This document shows, piece after piece, positions 62,367 through 64,000 of a DNA stretch of 64,000 nucleotides; within the stretch, counting starts at the first letter, position 1, and each line of letters opens with the position of its first letter. The stretch comes from Gekko japonicus (taxonomy: Eukaryota). The stretch spans positions 1-64,000 of the forward strand of contig NW_015173763.1 in NCBI RefSeq assembly GCF_001447785.1, in the 5' to 3' direction. The translations under genes and the position numbers were made by a program. Under the pieces are notes generated by a model. It saw nothing but the letters and a program-made list of their open reading frames with translations. It was not told where the DNA came from and made no database searches.

Positions 62367-63278
62367 CTGAAATGGAAAAATGCTTATAAGTCGATTAACA
62401 GTTACATCTTGTACATCTTGTAAAGTACATCTTGTAAAGCAAGAACTCGCTTTAGTGGAAAAGCTCACAAATATAGTTTTCTTAAAATATAATCTAAACA
62501 TAAACCCTTGCATTCTTTTTATTTGGGACCCCATGAACCATACAAGTAATTAGGTGTGTGCAAAAAAAAAATCGGTATTTTATAGCCCCATAGGATATAA
62601 TGGAGAATCAATCTGGGGGGTATCTCGGGCTCTGGGGGCTGTTTTTTAGGTACAAGCACCAAAGTTTTAGCATAGCTGCTGGTGCCTCTTCTCAGAAATC
62701 CCCCCAAGTTTCAAAAATATTGGAACCGGGGGTTCAATTCTATGGGCCCCAGAAGGAGGTGCCCCCATCCTCCATTGTTTTCAATGGAGGGGGGGGACTT
62801 TCTGTGCAGAAGCAGAAACCTCTGAGCTGGCATCTAACATTTTGTGCGCCAGCACCCCCTAGCACAGCTTAGAGGGAACTATGGTCAAGACTGAGTGGAA
62901 AAGCTGGTTGAATCCAGCCCTTCCCTAGATAGCACTCCAGCTTGATAGCACTCCAGCATGAGCTAAGTGCAATGAAAGTAAGGAAGCTTCCCTTAGTATG
63001 CCGGCTTGATAGCACTCCAGCATGAGCTAAGTGCAATGAAAGTAAGGAAGCTTCCCTTCTGCATTTTTAAATTTTTGTTTATGTTACACAAAATGCAGTT
63101 GCATTCTAGAACAAAATTAATTAAAATACAAATTATAGTTTTCAGTATTAACGGTTTAATGTATTTTTTCCTTCCATTTTGCATTTTTAATGTTCCACTA
63201 TTCTTGAGCATCATAAGTCAAGTAAATAACTCCTTCCAAAAACAATAGTTTCTGTGCCAGTAAATGCATTTATGGTTT

Positions 63279-63307
63279 AACACACACACACACACACACA
63301 CACACAC
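63279..63307. repeat. (CA)n microsatellite
   Basis: Seen directly. Confidence 0.95.
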
Positions 63308-63892
63308 GATCACTTTCAAATACTCTACCCCCACACACACACCAGATTCTAGCGTTATGATTTCTGTTCTGGCATTTTTTTCCTGATAATATGGAATTCC
63401 AAAACCAAGGGAGATATACTGCAATGGATGATTCCACAAGTTTCATGAGAGAATAATTGCACCCAGACACATCAGGACAAAAGGACAACTCCCCCCCCCT
63501 CACTTTCATGACACTTTTCACCACTTCAAAATGGAGAGGACACTAAATTGCACCAGCAGTGTTTTCAGGGAATGAGCACTTGGGCACACCATCATTACCC
63601 AACATATTATGAGAAGAATCCAATTATCTAGTGGAAGGGGCATAGGGAAACATCCTCCTGGGCTGCAGATTCTTCTGTAGATTGAAAGTCTTGTGGATGA
63701 GGGAAGGTCTACCTCACTAGAACAATGAAAGGATATGTCTCACTTCTTTGGGAATCCTCTGCTCCTCTGAGGGAATCTCATGCCTCCTAAGATGATTCTG
63801 GGTTCCAGGCATCTCTGTGTTTCATGACTTGTATGCTGGCTGTCTGAACTAAAGTCAGCCAGTTTGCCAGTCTTGTACAGCACAATGCCTAC

Positions 63893-64000
63893 TTTTCTGG
63901 ACAGACACCTTCCCTTCTGGGCATGGAATGCAGTCATAACAACAGAATGGCTCCCCCTCCTTAATTTTCGTTCTATATCCTGGATAGCAATTATTATTAC
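63893..64000 (-). pseudogene. V2R-E exon 5 (cut by window edge)
   Basis: [37 protein letters not shown]|GTAGG. Confidence 0.9.

Overview
This is vertebrate genomic DNA from a squamate reptile. The repeat content (Squam3-type SINEs with (CTT)n tails, Sauria SINE, 5S-derived SINE, BovB/RTE, L2, Penelope, hAT and Harbinger-like MITEs) suggests a gecko. The window is a tandem cluster of vomeronasal type-2 receptor (V2R; class C GPCR, Vmn2r26-like) genes with the canonical 6-exon layout (about 215-218/292/855-858/228/127/~900 nt, all GT-AG, phases 2,0,0,0,1). Three genes appear intact: V2R-A (+, 3787-15861, 876 aa), V2R-B (+, 18185-30008, 874 aa) and V2R-D (-, 55336-40268, 879 aa). V2R-C (+, 36364-38019) has only exons 1-2, and a near-perfect palindromic MITE sits in frame in exon 1. 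V2R-E (-, >64000-61444) is a pseudogene with four nonsense codons in exon 6, and further exon-6 remnants lie at 58.1-59.7 kb. There are three N-gaps (38999-39051, 44447-44839, 61121-61207). The most notable observations are: a MITE in V2R-C that supplies its own frame-restoring GT/AG sites; a promoter module shared by all four V2R 5' ends; a 5'-inverted (twin-priming-like) L1 insertion; a Penelope fold-back carrying hammerhead ribozyme cores; and a probable gene-conversion tract. All repeat family names come from recognition, not from a database search.
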